The translations under genes were made by a program, and so were the position numbers. DNA of 64,000 nt from Longimicrobiales bacterium (GTDB lineage Bacteria; Gemmatimonadota; Gemmatimonadetes; Longimicrobiales; Gaopeijiaceae), in the NCBI GenBank assembly GCA_965204735.1, contig OZ242008.1, positions 3,840,001 through 3,904,000 on the forward strand, read 5' to 3'. Below, in pieces: positions 36,972 to 47,656 of this stretch (positions are counted from its first letter, which is position 1; every line of letters begins with the position of its first letter). Under the pieces are notes generated by a model. It had not been told where the DNA came from, did no database searches, and saw nothing but the letters and a program-made list of their open reading frames with translations.

Positions 36972-38012
36972 ATGAAGTTCGGCCTCGTCGGCTTCGCCGG
37001 CTCCGGCAAGACGACCCTCTTCAACGCCGTGACCGGCTTGGACGCCCCGGTGGGCTACGGGGGCGAGCTCCGCCACGGCGCCGCCCGGGTGCCGGACCCC
37101 CGCATCGACGCGCTCTCCCGCATCTTCCGCCCCCGCAAGACCATCTACGCCACGATCAACTTCCGGGACGTCCCAGGAGACCACGGGGCGGGCGGACAGG
37201 TGCTCTTGCCCGCCACTCTCCAGCAGATCCGCGACCAGGAGGCCCTCTGCCTAGTCCTTCGCGACTTCGCCAACCCGGCTCTGGCGGACGACCCCGACCC
37301 CCACCGGGAGCTGGAGGCGTTCGGCGCCGAGTGCGTGCTGGCCGACCTGGGGATCGTGGAGCGTCGACTGGACCGGGCCCGCAAGGAGCGCGCCGACTCG
37401 CGCGAGATCGGAGCCTTCGAGACGGCGACCGAAGCCCTGGAAGCAGGCCGTCCTCTTCGCCTTCTTTCGCCCGTCGAACTCCACCGGGACTTCCTCAAGG
37501 GATACGGCCTCCTCACCGACCTGCCCCTGCTGGTCGCCGTCAACCGGGACGAGTCCCGCGCCGCCGAGCCCCTCGACTCGGCCTTGGCAGCCCGGGTCGA
37601 GGCCGAAGGCGGAGCCGCGCTGGCGCTGTCGGGCCAGGTGGAGGCGGAGATCGCAAGCCTCGAGCCGGAGGACCAAGGCGCCTTTCTGGAGGAGATGGGG
37701 CTGGCCGAGCCGACGCTGGCCCGCTTCGTGCGGACGGCGTACGGGCTGATGGACCTGATCTCCTTCTTCACCACCGGAGAGGACGAGGTCCGGGCGTGGA
37801 CGATCCGTCGGGGCACGCCCGCTCGGGCCGCCGCCGGTCGCATCCACAGCGACCTGGAGCGCGGGTTCATCAGGGCCGAGGTGATCCCCTACCAGGTCTT
37901 CGCCGAATTCGGTTCGGAGCAGGCGGTGAAGGACGCCGGGCTCCTTCGAGTCGAGGGAAAGGAGTACGTCGTGGAGGACGGAGACATCGTGCATGTGCGC
38001 TTCAACGTATAG
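36972..38012 (+). CDS. ychF: YchF family ATPase/GTPase
   Basis: [53 protein letters not shown]. Confidence 0.92.
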   Translation: MKFGLVGFAGSGKTTLFNAVTGLDAPVGYGGELRHGAARVPDPRIDALSRIFRPRKTIYATINFRDVPGDHGAGGQVLLPATLQQIRDQEALCLVLRDFANPALADDPDPHRELEAFGAECVLADLGIVERRLDRARKERADSREIGAFETATEALEAGRPLRLLSPVELHRDFLKGYGLLTDLPLLVAVNRDESRAAEPLDSALAARVEAEGGAALALSGQVEAEIASLEPEDQGAFLEEMGLAEPTLARFVRTAYGLMDLISFFTTGEDEVRAWTIRRGTPARAAAGRIHSDLERGFIRAEVIPYQVFAEFGSEQAVKDAGLLRVEGKEYVVEDGDIVHVRFNV

Positions 38013-38027
38013 GAGGCGAACCCGCCC

Positions 38028-38594
38028 ATGAATCAAGCGCTCGGCGAAGTCCTCGACGAACGGGCCCGGCCCGACCTGCGGGTCCGCTTCGGACTCCTCG
38101 CCGTCAAGAGCACGGAGATCGCTTTCGCGGCCCGGCACATTCGCCTGGCCGGGGTGGACCTGGGCGCCGACGAGGCCGAAGGGCTGACGCGCATCCGGGT
38201 GGCGCTGGCGGAACTCAACGCCGCGACCTTCCGCGCCGACGCCGAATGCGTGATGGCGGACCCGGAGCGCCGCCCCGTGGCCGAACGCCTCTCCAGGCTG
38301 CTCGCCAGCGGCGGGCTTCTGGTGCGCGTCGCGCCCATGGCGGTGTGGACGCCGGACTTCTCCGTCTTCCAGCGGGACGGCCGCGCCTTCGCCGCGATCT
38401 TCGGCTTCCACTGGTTCCAGCGGCCCTTTCCCGAGTCGGGACCGGCCTTCGCCACTGTGTGCGGGACCGACGGCGCCGAGCTTGCGGCGGCCCGCTTCCG
38501 GGAGCTGTGGGCCGACGCCTACGACGCTACGGAGGCCGTCCGAGGGATGCTGGACGAGGCCCTGGCCAAGACGCCGGAGCTGTCGGCGGCGTAG
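38028..38594 (+). CDS. Hypothetical protein
   Basis: AGGAGG RBS, host-like codon usage, fills the gap between ychF and rpsU. Confidence 0.7.
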   Translation: MNQALGEVLDERARPDLRVRFGLLAVKSTEIAFAARHIRLAGVDLGADEAEGLTRIRVALAELNAATFRADAECVMADPERRPVAERLSRLLASGGLLVRVAPMAVWTPDFSVFQRDGRAFAAIFGFHWFQRPFPESGPAFATVCGTDGAELAAARFRELWADAYDATEAVRGMLDEALAKTPELSAA

Positions 38595-38734
38595 CGCGAG
38601 CCCCTCGTCCGTCGGGGGCCCTTCTCCATTGCGGCCCGTCGGCGTCCTGCGCTATCGTTAGTGCCCTTGCCGTCCGCGGCAGACCCGTTGCCGGCCGCGC
38701 ACGCGCTCCCAAACCCACACGGGACAAGTCGACT

Positions 38735-38932
38735 TTGGAAGTCATCGTTCAGGACAACGAGAGCTTGGAGCGGGCCCTCCGCCGGTTCAAGCGGAAGGTC
38801 CAGCGCTCCGGGCTCTACTCGGAGCTTCGGAAGCGTCGCTTCTACGAGAAGCCCAGCGCCCGGCGGAAGCGACGCCGGGAAGCGGCCATTCGGCGCGAGC
38901 GCCGGAGACAGCGGAGAGGTCGCGGGGGCTAG
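38735..38932 (+). CDS. rpsU: 30S ribosomal protein S21
   Basis: TTG start; [15 protein letters not shown]...[12 protein letters not shown]. Confidence 0.95.
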   Translation: MEVIVQDNESLERALRRFKRKVQRSGLYSELRKRRFYEKPSARRKRRREAAIRRERRRQRRGRGG

Positions 38933-39807
38933 ACCTTCAGCGCCACCGGACCGTCCGGAGTCCAGTCGTAGAACCCCTTGCCCGCCTTGCGTCCGAAGCG
39001 TCCCATCGACACGAGGCGCTTGAGGAGGGGCGGCGGCGCGTACCGGGCCTCCCGGTACTCCTCGAACATGATCTCCGAGACCAGGTGCAGGGTGTCGATT
39101 CCCACGAAGTCGCAGAGGGTGAACGGCCCCATCGGGTGGCCGCATCCCAGCGTCATGGCCTTGTCGATGTCCTCGACGGTGGCGACGCCCCGCTCCAGCT
39201 GCCGGATCGCGTCCAGCATGTAGGGGACCAAGAGCAGGTTGACGACGAATCCGGAGTTGTCCTTCGCCGCGATCGGCGTCTTTCCGATCCGCTTGGCGAA
39301 GGCGAAGGCCGCGTCGAACGCTTCCTGGCTGGTGGCGATCGTCCGCACCACTTCCACCAGCTTCATCACCGGCACCGGGTTGAAGAAGTGCAGGCCGACG
39401 AACCGGTCCGGGCGCGAGGTGGACGCCGCCATCTCCGTCACCGTCAGGGAGCTGGTGTTGGACGCGAAGATCGTCTTCGCGCGGCACGCCTCGTCGAGGC
39501 GGCCGAAGAGCTCGTTCTTGGCCTCCAGGGACTCGACGATCGCCTCGATCACCAGATCGGCGTAGGCCAGATCGTCCAGCGACGTCGTGAAGTCGATCCG
39601 TCCCAGCGTGTCGTCCCGGGCCGCGGCGTCCAGCTTCCCATTCGACACGGCCCGGCCCAGGGACTTTACGACCCGTAGTTGCCCGGCTTGCAGCGCGCGT
39701 TCGTCGATCTCCCGGACCACCACGTCGCATCCCGCTCGGGCCGCCACCTCGGCGATCCCGCTTCCCATGAGGCCGCACCCGGCCACGCCCACCGTCCGAA
39801 TCTCCAA
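38929..39807 (-). CDS. 3-hydroxybutyryl/3-hydroxyacyl-CoA dehydrogenase
   Basis: AAGGAG + [36 protein letters not shown]. Confidence 0.93.
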   Translation of the reverse strand: MEIRTVGVAGCGLMGSGIAEVAARAGCDVVVREIDERALQAGQLRVVKSLGRAVSNGKLDAAARDDTLGRIDFTTSLDDLAYADLVIEAIVESLEAKNELFGRLDEACRAKTIFASNTSSLTVTEMAASTSRPDRFVGLHFFNPVPVMKLVEVVRTIATSQEAFDAAFAFAKRIGKTPIAAKDNSGFVVNLLLVPYMLDAIRQLERGVATVEDIDKAMTLGCGHPMGPFTLCDFVGIDTLHLVSEIMFEEYREARYAPPPLLKRLVSMGRFGRKAGKGFYDWTPDGPVALKV

Positions 39808-39851
39808 AGCCCGTCTCCTTTTGGTTCTCGCGCCCCGAAGGACGCGACGGT

Positions 39852-40706
39852 TCACTCTCGGCCCATCATCTCCCGGGCCACGCCGTGAAAGTGGCGCCTG
39901 ACCCACCGCCGCCAAGCCGGCGGCGGCGGCTCAAGGTCGCCCCCGCTCTCGAGGGCGTCCAGAATGCCCTCGACCTCCGACTCCACCTCGCCCAGCCGCC
40001 GACGGAAGCCTCGGCCGCACATCGCGGCCACGGCCAGGGCGGCTGCGGTCCCTGCGGCGGCGCCGGCAATCACCGCCACGGCGAGGGGAAAGACCAGCGC
40101 CAGCCCGAAGCCGACGCCGATGCCGGCGGCCGCTCCGACGCCGACGCCGCCGAAGACCGCGCCCGCCTGGTAGTTGGCCGCGACTCCGGGGTCCACGTGC
40201 AGCTCCACCAGCGTCGACTCGCCCTCCACCTCCGCCAGGCGCACCTCCACCAGACGAGCGGCGGCCACGTAGTGCTGTCGCGAGGTGGAGCTGGCGGCCC
40301 GCGCCACCCGCGACGCCCAGTCGATCGCCGGGCGGTACTGGAGCAGGTCGTCCTTGCGTCGAACCCGCTGCAGCAGCTGCCCGGCCACCATGAACTCGTC
40401 CAGCTCCCGGACGATCCGCCTTCGGGGCCGCGCCACCGTTCGGCTCGCGCGGATCGTGCCCGGCCCGAGAAGAGCGCCCACGCCGTGCGGCTTCCTGCTC
40501 GACGCAACCACCAGTCGGCCGGCGCGGACGTCGGCCAGCGCCCGGCGAACGTGCTGCTCGGGCAGGCCCACCTCGCCCCCGATCCGCACGACCTCGGCGT
40601 CGGTGAGCCCCGCCTCGCCGGCGTCGGGCTCCTCGGCGGCCAGCTCGGCGGCCCGGTGCATCACCTCCTCGAACTGGCGCCGCGACAGCCGATCTCCCCC
40701 GCTCAC
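39852..40706 (-). CDS. Hypothetical membrane protein
   Basis: GGAGG RBS; EVVRIGGEVGL motif and Gly/Ala-rich hydrophobic hairpin. Confidence 0.7.
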   Translation of the reverse strand: MSGGDRLSRRQFEEVMHRAAELAAEEPDAGEAGLTDAEVVRIGGEVGLPEQHVRRALADVRAGRLVVASSRKPHGVGALLGPGTIRASRTVARPRRRIVRELDEFMVAGQLLQRVRRKDDLLQYRPAIDWASRVARAASSTSRQHYVAAARLVEVRLAEVEGESTLVELHVDPGVAANYQAGAVFGGVGVGAAAGIGVGFGLALVFPLAVAVIAGAAAGTAAALAVAAMCGRGFRRRLGEVESEVEGILDALESGGDLEPPPPAWRRWVRRHFHGVAREMMGRE

Positions 40707-40725
40707 CTCCCGTCGGTCCCGTCCG

Positions 40726-41934
40726 TCAGTACGCTTCGACCACGACGGCGCCGCCCTGGCCTCCGCCGATGCAGGCGGCCCCCAGCCCGTACCGAGCTCC
40801 CCGTCGCCGCAGCTCGTGGAGCAGGTGGAGGGTGATCCTGGCGCCCGACGCCGCCAGCGGATGCGTGAGGGCGATGGCGCCTCCGTTCACGTTGGTCCGC
40901 TCCGGGTCCAGCCCCAGCTCCTTCTCCACGGCCTTGTACTGGGGGGCGAAGGCTTCGTTGACCTCCACCAGCTCCATGTCGGCCGCTCCGAGACCCGCCT
41001 TTGCCAGCGCAACCCTGGCGGCGGGCGCGGGACCGATCCCCATGATCTCCGGATCCACGCCGGCGAAGCCCCAGGACACGAGCCGGCCGATCGGCGTCGT
41101 CCCCTCCGCGTCCGCCCAGGCTCGGTCGGCCAGCACCATCGACGCGGCGCCGTCGCCGATCCCGCTGGCGTTTCCGGCAGTCACCAGGCCGTCCTTCTTG
41201 AAGTAGGGGCGAAGGCGGGCCAGCCCCTCCACGGTGGTGTCGGGCCGGAGGTGCTCGTCCTCGCCGAAGAGCTCTTCGCCCTTGCGCGCGCGGACGGTCA
41301 CGGGCGCCACCTCGGCGTCGAAGCGCCCCGCGTCCCACGCCGCCTTCGCCCGGCGATGGCTGTTCACGGCGACCTGGTCCGCTTCCTCTCTCGTGACGCC
41401 GTACCGCTCCGCCAGCTTCTCCGCAGTCTGCGCCATCGTCAAGCCGCAGTGGGAGTCCGTCAGCGCCTCCCAAAGCGAGTCCTGGAAGTGCTGGCCGGCC
41501 GGCCCCAGCCGCAACTGCCGTCCCCAGCGGGCGCCCCGCACCACATGAGGGGCTTGGCTCATGGACTCGGTTCCGCCGCAGAGGGCGACTTCGGTTCCCC
41601 CCAGAAGGATCTCCTGGGCGCCGGAGACGACGGCCTGGAAGCCCGAGCCGCACAGCCGGTTCACGGTCAGGGCGCCGGTCTCCTGGGGCGCGCCTGCGCG
41701 AAGGCCCACGTGGCGCGCCAAGTAGATCGCGTCGGCCGACGTCTGGAGCGCATTGCCGTAGAAGACGTGGCCGATCTGCGCGGGCTCGATCCCTGCCGCC
41801 TCGATCGCCGCCGTCGCCGAGAGCGCCCCCAGCTCGGTGGCGGAGAGCTCCTTGAGAGAGCCGCCGAAGGCGCCGAAGGGAGTCCGCTTTCCGGAAAGGA
41901 ACACCACTTCCTTGTCGAAGCCCTGCGTGCCCAT
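40726..41934 (-). CDS. Acetyl-CoA C-acyltransferase (thiolase)
   Basis: RTPFG, NRLCGSG, TAGNASGIGDGA, NEAFA, HPLAASG, CIGGGQG. Confidence 0.95.
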   Translation of the reverse strand: MGTQGFDKEVVFLSGKRTPFGAFGGSLKELSATELGALSATAAIEAAGIEPAQIGHVFYGNALQTSADAIYLARHVGLRAGAPQETGALTVNRLCGSGFQAVVSGAQEILLGGTEVALCGGTESMSQAPHVVRGARWGRQLRLGPAGQHFQDSLWEALTDSHCGLTMAQTAEKLAERYGVTREEADQVAVNSHRRAKAAWDAGRFDAEVAPVTVRARKGEELFGEDEHLRPDTTVEGLARLRPYFKKDGLVTAGNASGIGDGAASMVLADRAWADAEGTTPIGRLVSWGFAGVDPEIMGIGPAPAARVALAKAGLGAADMELVEVNEAFAPQYKAVEKELGLDPERTNVNGGAIALTHPLAASGARITLHLLHELRRRGARYGLGAACIGGGQGGAVVVEAY

Positions 41935-42044
41935 GTTCGTTCGCTCCTTCAACGGCGATTCGGCCTGTTGGTCGCTTCGGTTCCCGCTCGCGCTTCGGTC
42001 CCCGCTCGTGCCCGCCGGCGTTCCCGCGGCCGGCGCTTCCAAAG

Positions 42045-43091
42045 CTACACCCGCGCCGCGATCCAGTCGCCCACTTCTCGGGTCGCGGCGGTTCCTCCCA
42101 GGTCCGGCGTCGTCACGCCCGCTTCCAGCGAAGCCAGCGCCGCCGCCTCCACGTCGTCGCCGGCCCCCTTGCACCCCAGCCACTCCAGCAGGAGCGCGAC
42201 GCAGAGGACGGCCGCCAGCGGGTTCGCCGCGCCCGTGCCCGCAATGTCCGGCGCCGAACCGTGCGTCGGTTCGAAGAGGGCCCACGAGCCGGGATGGAGG
42301 TTGGCCGACGGCGCCAGCCCCAGCCCGCCGGCGATCTGGGCCGCCAAGTCGCTGAGGATGTCGCCGAAGAGGTTGGAGGCGACCACGACTTGGTACCGCT
42401 GCGGGCGGCGCACCAAGTCCATGGCCATGGCGTCCACGTAGACGGCGTCGCGGCGGATCTCCGGCCACTCGGCGCCGACCTCGTGGAAGACGCGCCGCCA
42501 GAGGGCTCCTTCGTGCTCCAGGGCGTTGGCCTTGTCCACCAGCGCGACCCGGTCCCGACCCGTGCGGTCCGCGTGCTCGAACGCCGCCCGGACGATCCGC
42601 TCCACGCCCTTCCAGGTGTTCACGCTCTCTTGGACGGCGATCTCGTCGGGGGTCCCGGCCTTGAACCGACCGCCCACGCCGGCGTACAGCCCCTCCGTGT
42701 TCTCCCGGAAGAAGGTCACGTCGATGCCGCCGGGCGGGACATGCTTCAGCGGGCAAAGGGACGGCAGAAGGAGCCGGCACGGGCGGTAGTTGACGTACAG
42801 GTCGGCGTGAAAGCGGAGGCCCAGCAGGATGTCGCGGGCGTGGACGTTGTCGGGGACGCGGGGGTCGCCCATGGCCCCCAGCAGGGCGGCGTCGTATTCG
42901 CCCACCAGGCGATCGCGCGCCTCGGGGGTCAAGGTGGTCCCGTCTTGGAGGTAGCGGTCGGCCCCCAGGTCCCACGAGTCCAAGGCGACCTTCAGGCCGT
43001 GCTTGCCGGCGGCGGCCTCCAGCACGGGAAGCGCCGCCGCGACCACTTCCGGGCCGATCCCGTCGCCTCCGATCACCGCGACTCGCTTCAC
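42045..43091 (-). CDS. Isocitrate/isopropylmalate dehydrogenase family (LeuB-like)
   Basis: GDGIGPEV, RENTEG, NLFGDILSD, FEPTHGSAPDIAG. Confidence 0.9.
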   Translation of the reverse strand: MKRVAVIGGDGIGPEVVAAALPVLEAAAGKHGLKVALDSWDLGADRYLQDGTTLTPEARDRLVGEYDAALLGAMGDPRVPDNVHARDILLGLRFHADLYVNYRPCRLLLPSLCPLKHVPPGGIDVTFFRENTEGLYAGVGGRFKAGTPDEIAVQESVNTWKGVERIVRAAFEHADRTGRDRVALVDKANALEHEGALWRRVFHEVGAEWPEIRRDAVYVDAMAMDLVRRPQRYQVVVASNLFGDILSDLAAQIAGGLGLAPSANLHPGSWALFEPTHGSAPDIAGTGAANPLAAVLCVALLLEWLGCKGAGDDVEAAALASLEAGVTTPDLGGTAATREVGDWIAARV

Positions 43092-43128
43092 GGCGTTCCG
43101 CGGCGCCCCGCCCGTGCCCGAGCCCGTC

Positions 43129-43575
43129 TTACGGCACCCTCCCGAACATCAAGCTGCACCGAGGGCAGTACCACTCCTGGCCGCGCCGAACCAAGGCGGG
43201 TCCCAGCTCCGCACGCGGGCACATGGGCTCCAGGCCTTCGTCGGCTTGAGCCCGCACTTTCTTCCGCTCGCGCCAGGTGCTGCGCCGCAACGGCAGCTGG
43301 AAGCGCAAGGTGGAGATCTTGCATTCGAAGAGGACCGTGCTGGTTCCGTTGGGCTCGGCGCGGGTCCCTAGGCTCTCCAGGAAGCCCCCCATCGGCGACG
43401 GCACTTGGCGTCCGCTGCAGTGCAGGCGCTCCGCCTTGTCCACGTCGGGCAGCTCCGTGGCCCCGAAGCCGACCGACTCGCGCATCTTCTTCGGAACGAA
43501 GCGCTTCTTCGCCCCCATCTTCCTTCCCGCCGACCGCTTCTCGCCCGACGCGGTCTTCGCCGGGTCGCTGCTCAA
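43129..43575 (-). CDS. Small Cys-containing hypothetical protein (C-terminal zinc-ribbon-like)
   Basis: TTGA overlap at 43575 (alternative ATG 43518); CPR...WYCPRC. Confidence 0.6.
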   Translation of the reverse strand: MSSDPAKTASGEKRSAGRKMGAKKRFVPKKMRESVGFGATELPDVDKAERLHCSGRQVPSPMGGFLESLGTRAEPNGTSTVLFECKISTLRFQLPLRRSTWRERKKVRAQADEGLEPMCPRAELGPALVRRGQEWYCPRCSLMFGRVP

Positions 43576-44690
43576 GCCGACCTCTCGAACACGTAGGCCG
43601 AGTCCTCGTGGCGCGCCTCCTGTCCCTCCACGCACACGGCGAAGCTCGCTCCCGACCAGATCGCCGCGCCGCCGTACTCGCCGTTCTTGTTCACGGCGTA
43701 GTAGTTGACGTTGTAGTTGGGGCGACCCTCTTCGTCCTGGAGCCTCGGCTCGACGGTGAAGGTCGCAATGCGTCGGAGCGCCTCCAGGCACGCGTCGGTG
43801 GGGGACATGCCGGAGCGCATCAGCTCCACAACGGTGTGGGAGCCGCAGGTCTTGATGACGGCTTCTCCGCGACCCGTCGAGCCGCAGGCGCCCACGTCGT
43901 TGTCCACGTACAGCCCTGCGCCCACGATCGGCGAGTCGCCCACCCGGCCCGGCACCTTCCACGCCAAGCCCGACGTAGTGGTGACTCCCGACAGGTCGCC
44001 GTCGCCGTTGACGACGTTGCAGTTGATCGTGCCTTGGGGGCGCACGCCGTCGTGGGAATCGAGAAGGCCGCTGCCGTAGTCCTCCGGGTTCTCCGAGGGC
44101 TCGCGAGCGTGCCCCGTCTCTTCGGGCGTCAGGTAGTCGTCCGTGCTGCTCATCCTGGCCCGCCATTCGATCCAGCGCCGTCGGGCCCGCTCCGTCAGGA
44201 GGTTCTCCAGTCGGTGGCCCATGGAGACGGCGAAGCGCTGGGCGCCTTGGCCCACGAGGAGGACGTGGTCCGTATGGCGCATCACGTCCACCGCCACGAG
44301 CGACGGGGTCTTGATCCCTTCCAGGCACGCGACTGCGCCGGCGCCTCGGGTCGGACCGTGCATGACCGACGAGTCCAGCTGCACCGCCCCGTCCAGGTTG
44401 GGCAGCCCGCCGAAGCCGACGCTCGTGTCGTTGGGGTCGCGCTCGACGGCGTTCACGCCCTGGACGACGCCGTCGAGGGTGTCGCCCCCTTCGGCCGCGA
44501 CCCGGACCGCGGTGGCCACGGACTCGAGGCCGTTGCGACTGGCGACGGAAACGGGCACGACCTGGCTCCGGCGGATGAACGGCGCGCCGGCCAGCGTCCT
44601 GGCGGCCACCGACTCTGCCGAGCTTGCGCCCACGACGGCGCCTAGGCTGGCTCCTGCGGAAGTCTTCAGAAAGTCGCGACGGCAGGTCAT
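43572..44690 (-). CDS. Tat-exported glycosylasparaginase (Ntn asparaginase-2 family)
   Basis: RRDFLK; SVGFGGLPN, GTIN cleavage site, TTTSGLAWKVPGRVGDSPI, TGRGE. Confidence 0.9.
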   Translation of the reverse strand: MTCRRDFLKTSAGASLGAVVGASSAESVAARTLAGAPFIRRSQVVPVSVASRNGLESVATAVRVAAEGGDTLDGVVQGVNAVERDPNDTSVGFGGLPNLDGAVQLDSSVMHGPTRGAGAVACLEGIKTPSLVAVDVMRHTDHVLLVGQGAQRFAVSMGHRLENLLTERARRRWIEWRARMSSTDDYLTPEETGHAREPSENPEDYGSGLLDSHDGVRPQGTINCNVVNGDGDLSGVTTTSGLAWKVPGRVGDSPIVGAGLYVDNDVGACGSTGRGEAVIKTCGSHTVVELMRSGMSPTDACLEALRRIATFTVEPRLQDEEGRPNYNVNYYAVNKNGEYGGAAIWSGASFAVCVEGQEARHEDSAYVFERSA

Positions 44691-44897
44691 GAGGTCACTC
44701 CTTTTGTCGAGGCGCGCTCGTTCTCCTCGTTCGTGGTGACCGCCAGGCTCGTCCCAGCGGTCGGTGTCGGCGGTTACGGCGAGCGGCGCCCGGAGCCGCG
44801 GGTGGAAGTAGCCAGCATGAAAGCTTTGCCCCACGGGCTCTCGATCCGGTCACGCGGCTCGCCGTCCGCCGCTGGCGGACCAGCCGTTGGGGGTCGG

Positions 44898-45272
44898 TCA
44901 GGCTTCCAGGGGCTCTGCCAGAACGTCCTGCGCCGCGATTCCCTGCGGGACCGTGTCCTGGTTGGGCCCGTCCTGGAGGGCGACGTCCGGCGAGGCGGCG
45001 TCCGACGGGACGGCCTCGTCCAGGCCGTTGCCCTCCTCCTTCGGTCTTTCGTGCTTGAGGCGCGAGATCACCGGCTTGCAGAACTGCAGGCCGACCTTCT
45101 TCAGGTGAAAGAGTTCCTTTTCGCCCAGGTCCGGATATCGCTCCGCCAGGTACCCCATGGTCTCGGTCATCCACGAGTCCTGGTCGGCCGGAGTGGCCTT
45201 GAGGACCCCGCAACGGTGGATATGACTGAACAGTTCGTCCCGCGCCCGGTCGATGGGCTGTTGCTTCGCCAT
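44898..45272 (-). CDS. Hypothetical protein
   Basis: AGGAGGAG RBS; ordered N-terminal domain RARDELFSHIHRCGV, acidic tail. Confidence 0.75.
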   Translation of the reverse strand: MAKQQPIDRARDELFSHIHRCGVLKATPADQDSWMTETMGYLAERYPDLGEKELFHLKKVGLQFCKPVISRLKHERPKEEGNGLDEAVPSDAASPDVALQDGPNQDTVPQGIAAQDVLAEPLEA

Positions 45273-45367
45273 CGCTCCTCCTAGTTATTGGTGGTTCGGG
45301 TCCGACGCGCCGGCGGCGGCAAGCCACCGGGTTCGGGCAAGTCCATAAGGTACGCCTAGAGCTTCGG

Positions 45368-47176
45368 ATGGCAAGCAACGACGGGCAAGTCAATGCCTCC
45401 ATGGGACGGAGGCGAAGGCGGAGCGCGATGGAGCGGGGAACGGCGGCCGTTGCGGCCCCAACGGGCTCGGCAGAGCCAGCCGGCGCGGCGGCCCTGACCA
45501 GCACGGCGGCCCGGACCGGCGGGGCGGCCCCAACCGGCGCGCAGCAGAGCCCACAGGTCGATCCCGTCGTCCTGGAGGTGTTTCGGCACCTCTTCACGGC
45601 CTTGGCGGAGGAGATGGGCGCCGCCCTGAAGCGCGCTTCCTTCTCGCCCAACATCAAGGAACGGCGGGACTACTCGTGCGCCCTCTTCGACGCGGACGGC
45701 ACGGCAGTCGCCTTGGGTGACCACATGCCGGTGCACCTGGGCGCCATGCCCATGAGCGTGACTGCGGCTCTGGACGCCTTGGGCCGGCTCGACCCGGGCG
45801 ACGTGGCCTGCCTGAACGACCCATTCGAGGGCGGGACCCACCTGCCCGACGTGACGCTGCTGGCGCCGGTGCACGCGCCCGGTGCGTCCGGTGCGCCCGA
45901 CCGCGGCGCCGAGCCCGTCGCCTTCGTGGCCTCGCGGGCGCACCACTCGGACGTGGGCGGGATGTCTCCCGGCTCCATGCCCCTTGCTCGCGAGATCTTC
46001 CAGGAAGGGCTCCGCATCCCCCCGGTGCGGCTCTACCGCCGGGGCGTCCGCGACGCCGACCTGTGGCGGACGATCCTGGCCAACGTGCGCACGCCCGAGG
46101 AGCGGGCCGGGGACTTGGACGCCCAGCTGGCCGCCCTCCACGCGGGCAGCGCTCGCCTCCTCGAGATCGCGGGCGCCCGGGGCCTTCCCCTGACCCAGGC
46201 GGCAATGAAGGCGCTGGTCGAGTACGCCGACCGCCTGGTGGAAGCGGGGCTCGAGCGGATCCCCGACGGGACCTACCGCGCCGCCGACTGCCTGGACGAC
46301 GACGGGTTCGGCTCGGGACCCCAGTGGATCCGTGTGGCGCTGGAGGTGCGCGGGCGCCGGCTCGTGGTGGACTTCGCCGGCACCGCGCCGCAGGCGGAGG
46401 GCGGGATCAACGCGGTGGCCGCGATCACGGCGTCGGCGACCCGGTACGTGGTCCGTTGCGTGGTGGAAGCCCTGCTGGGCGAATCCCTGCCCGCCGGCGG
46501 CGGCTCCATGCGGCCGGTGGAGATCCGGATGCCCGAAGGATCGCTGGTGAACGCGCGGCCGCCGGCTTCGGTCGCCGCCGGGAACGTGGAGACGAGCCAG
46601 CGGATCACCGACGTCCTGATGCTCGCCTTCGCCGAGGCTCTCCCGGAGGCGATGCCCGCCCTCTCCCAAGGAACGATGAACAACACGACCATGGGCGGCG
46701 TCGATCCGCGAACCGGAGGAGCGTTCGCCTACTACGAGACCGTGGGCGGCGGAATGGGCGCGGGGCCGGAAGGGCCGGGGCTGTCGGGCGTGCACTGCCA
46801 CATGTCCAACTCGCTCAACACTCCGGTGGAAGCGCTGGAGCACGCCTACCCCTTCCGGGTGACGCGCTACGAGCTTCGGCGGGGGAGCGGCGGAGCGGGA
46901 GCGCACCGCGGCGGCGACGGGTTGCGCCGAGACGTCATGCTGCTGGCCGACGCCTCGGTGACCCTGCTTTCCGACCGGCGGCGGCGGGGGCCGGCCGGAG
47001 TCCGGGGAGGCGAGGCCGGGGCGCCGGGCGCGAACGCCCTGATCCGCGACGGAGTCGAGTCGCCGATGGAGGGAAAGGACACCAAGCGCGTGAAGGCTGG
47101 CGACGTGGTGAGCGTGCGATCGCCCGGCGGGGGGGGCTGGGGGGGCTCGCCGGAAGGGGCCGAAGACTCTTCGTGA
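45368..47176 (+). CDS. Hydantoinase B/5-oxoprolinase subunit (start uncertain)
   Basis: EEMG..L.R..FSPNIKERRDYSCA, NDPFEGGTHLPD, GNVETSQ, SQGTMNN, SPGGGGWG. Confidence 0.92.
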   Translation: MASNDGQVNASMGRRRRRSAMERGTAAVAAPTGSAEPAGAAALTSTAARTGGAAPTGAQQSPQVDPVVLEVFRHLFTALAEEMGAALKRASFSPNIKERRDYSCALFDADGTAVALGDHMPVHLGAMPMSVTAALDALGRLDPGDVACLNDPFEGGTHLPDVTLLAPVHAPGASGAPDRGAEPVAFVASRAHHSDVGGMSPGSMPLAREIFQEGLRIPPVRLYRRGVRDADLWRTILANVRTPEERAGDLDAQLAALHAGSARLLEIAGARGLPLTQAAMKALVEYADRLVEAGLERIPDGTYRAADCLDDDGFGSGPQWIRVALEVRGRRLVVDFAGTAPQAEGGINAVAAITASATRYVVRCVVEALLGESLPAGGGSMRPVEIRMPEGSLVNARPPASVAAGNVETSQRITDVLMLAFAEALPEAMPALSQGTMNNTTMGGVDPRTGGAFAYYETVGGGMGAGPEGPGLSGVHCHMSNSLNTPVEALEHAYPFRVTRYELRRGSGGAGAHRGGDGLRRDVMLLADASVTLLSDRRRRGPAGVRGGEAGAPGANALIRDGVESPMEGKDTKRVKAGDVVSVRSPGGGGWGGSPEGAEDSS

Positions 47177-47580
47177 GGCTGCTGGCCTCGGCGTTGTGCG
47201 ATCACGCGTCCGCCGGCCCCGACGGCAAGTTGGAGATGCGCGGGGTCTTCCACGACCTCTACGCGCCGGGCTTTCCGGCCCGCCAGGAGCGGATGGTCCT
47301 GGTCCTGGCCGTCGAGTGGGACCGGGAGGACGAGGGGCGCTACTCCTTCCGGATCGACGTGACCGGCCCCGACGGGCGGCCGACGCTCACGGTGGAGGGC
47401 CAGTCGGACGTGACGCCGCGCCCGCCGGACCGGCCGCCGCCCCGGACCCGCCTGGCCATGCCCCTGGAGGAGGTGGTCTTCCCCGTGCCGGGCCGGTACG
47501 ACTTCCAGGTCAAGCTCAAGGGCCGGACCTTGCAGGGGCCCACGCTGTACTTGGTGGAGACAAAGGAGGAGGGGCCGTAG
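47173..47580 (+). CDS. Hypothetical protein (DUF6941-like)
   Basis: GTGA overlap; LCDHA...GKL..GVF, FPVPGRY. Confidence 0.65.
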   Translation: MRLLASALCDHASAGPDGKLEMRGVFHDLYAPGFPARQERMVLVLAVEWDREDEGRYSFRIDVTGPDGRPTLTVEGQSDVTPRPPDRPPPRTRLAMPLEEVVFPVPGRYDFQVKLKGRTLQGPTLYLVETKEEGP

Positions 47581-47656
47581 GAAACGCCCACTTGCGCCCA
47601 ATCCTGCGTGCTGCTTCAGGCCGACCGCACGTCGGCCTCGATGTCGTCGAGAGCGG

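Noticed and set aside
45368..47176. Novel system from a hydantoinase B gene lacking its A subunit
   Set aside because: The A subunit could simply be encoded elsewhere in the genome; this cannot be judged from the window.
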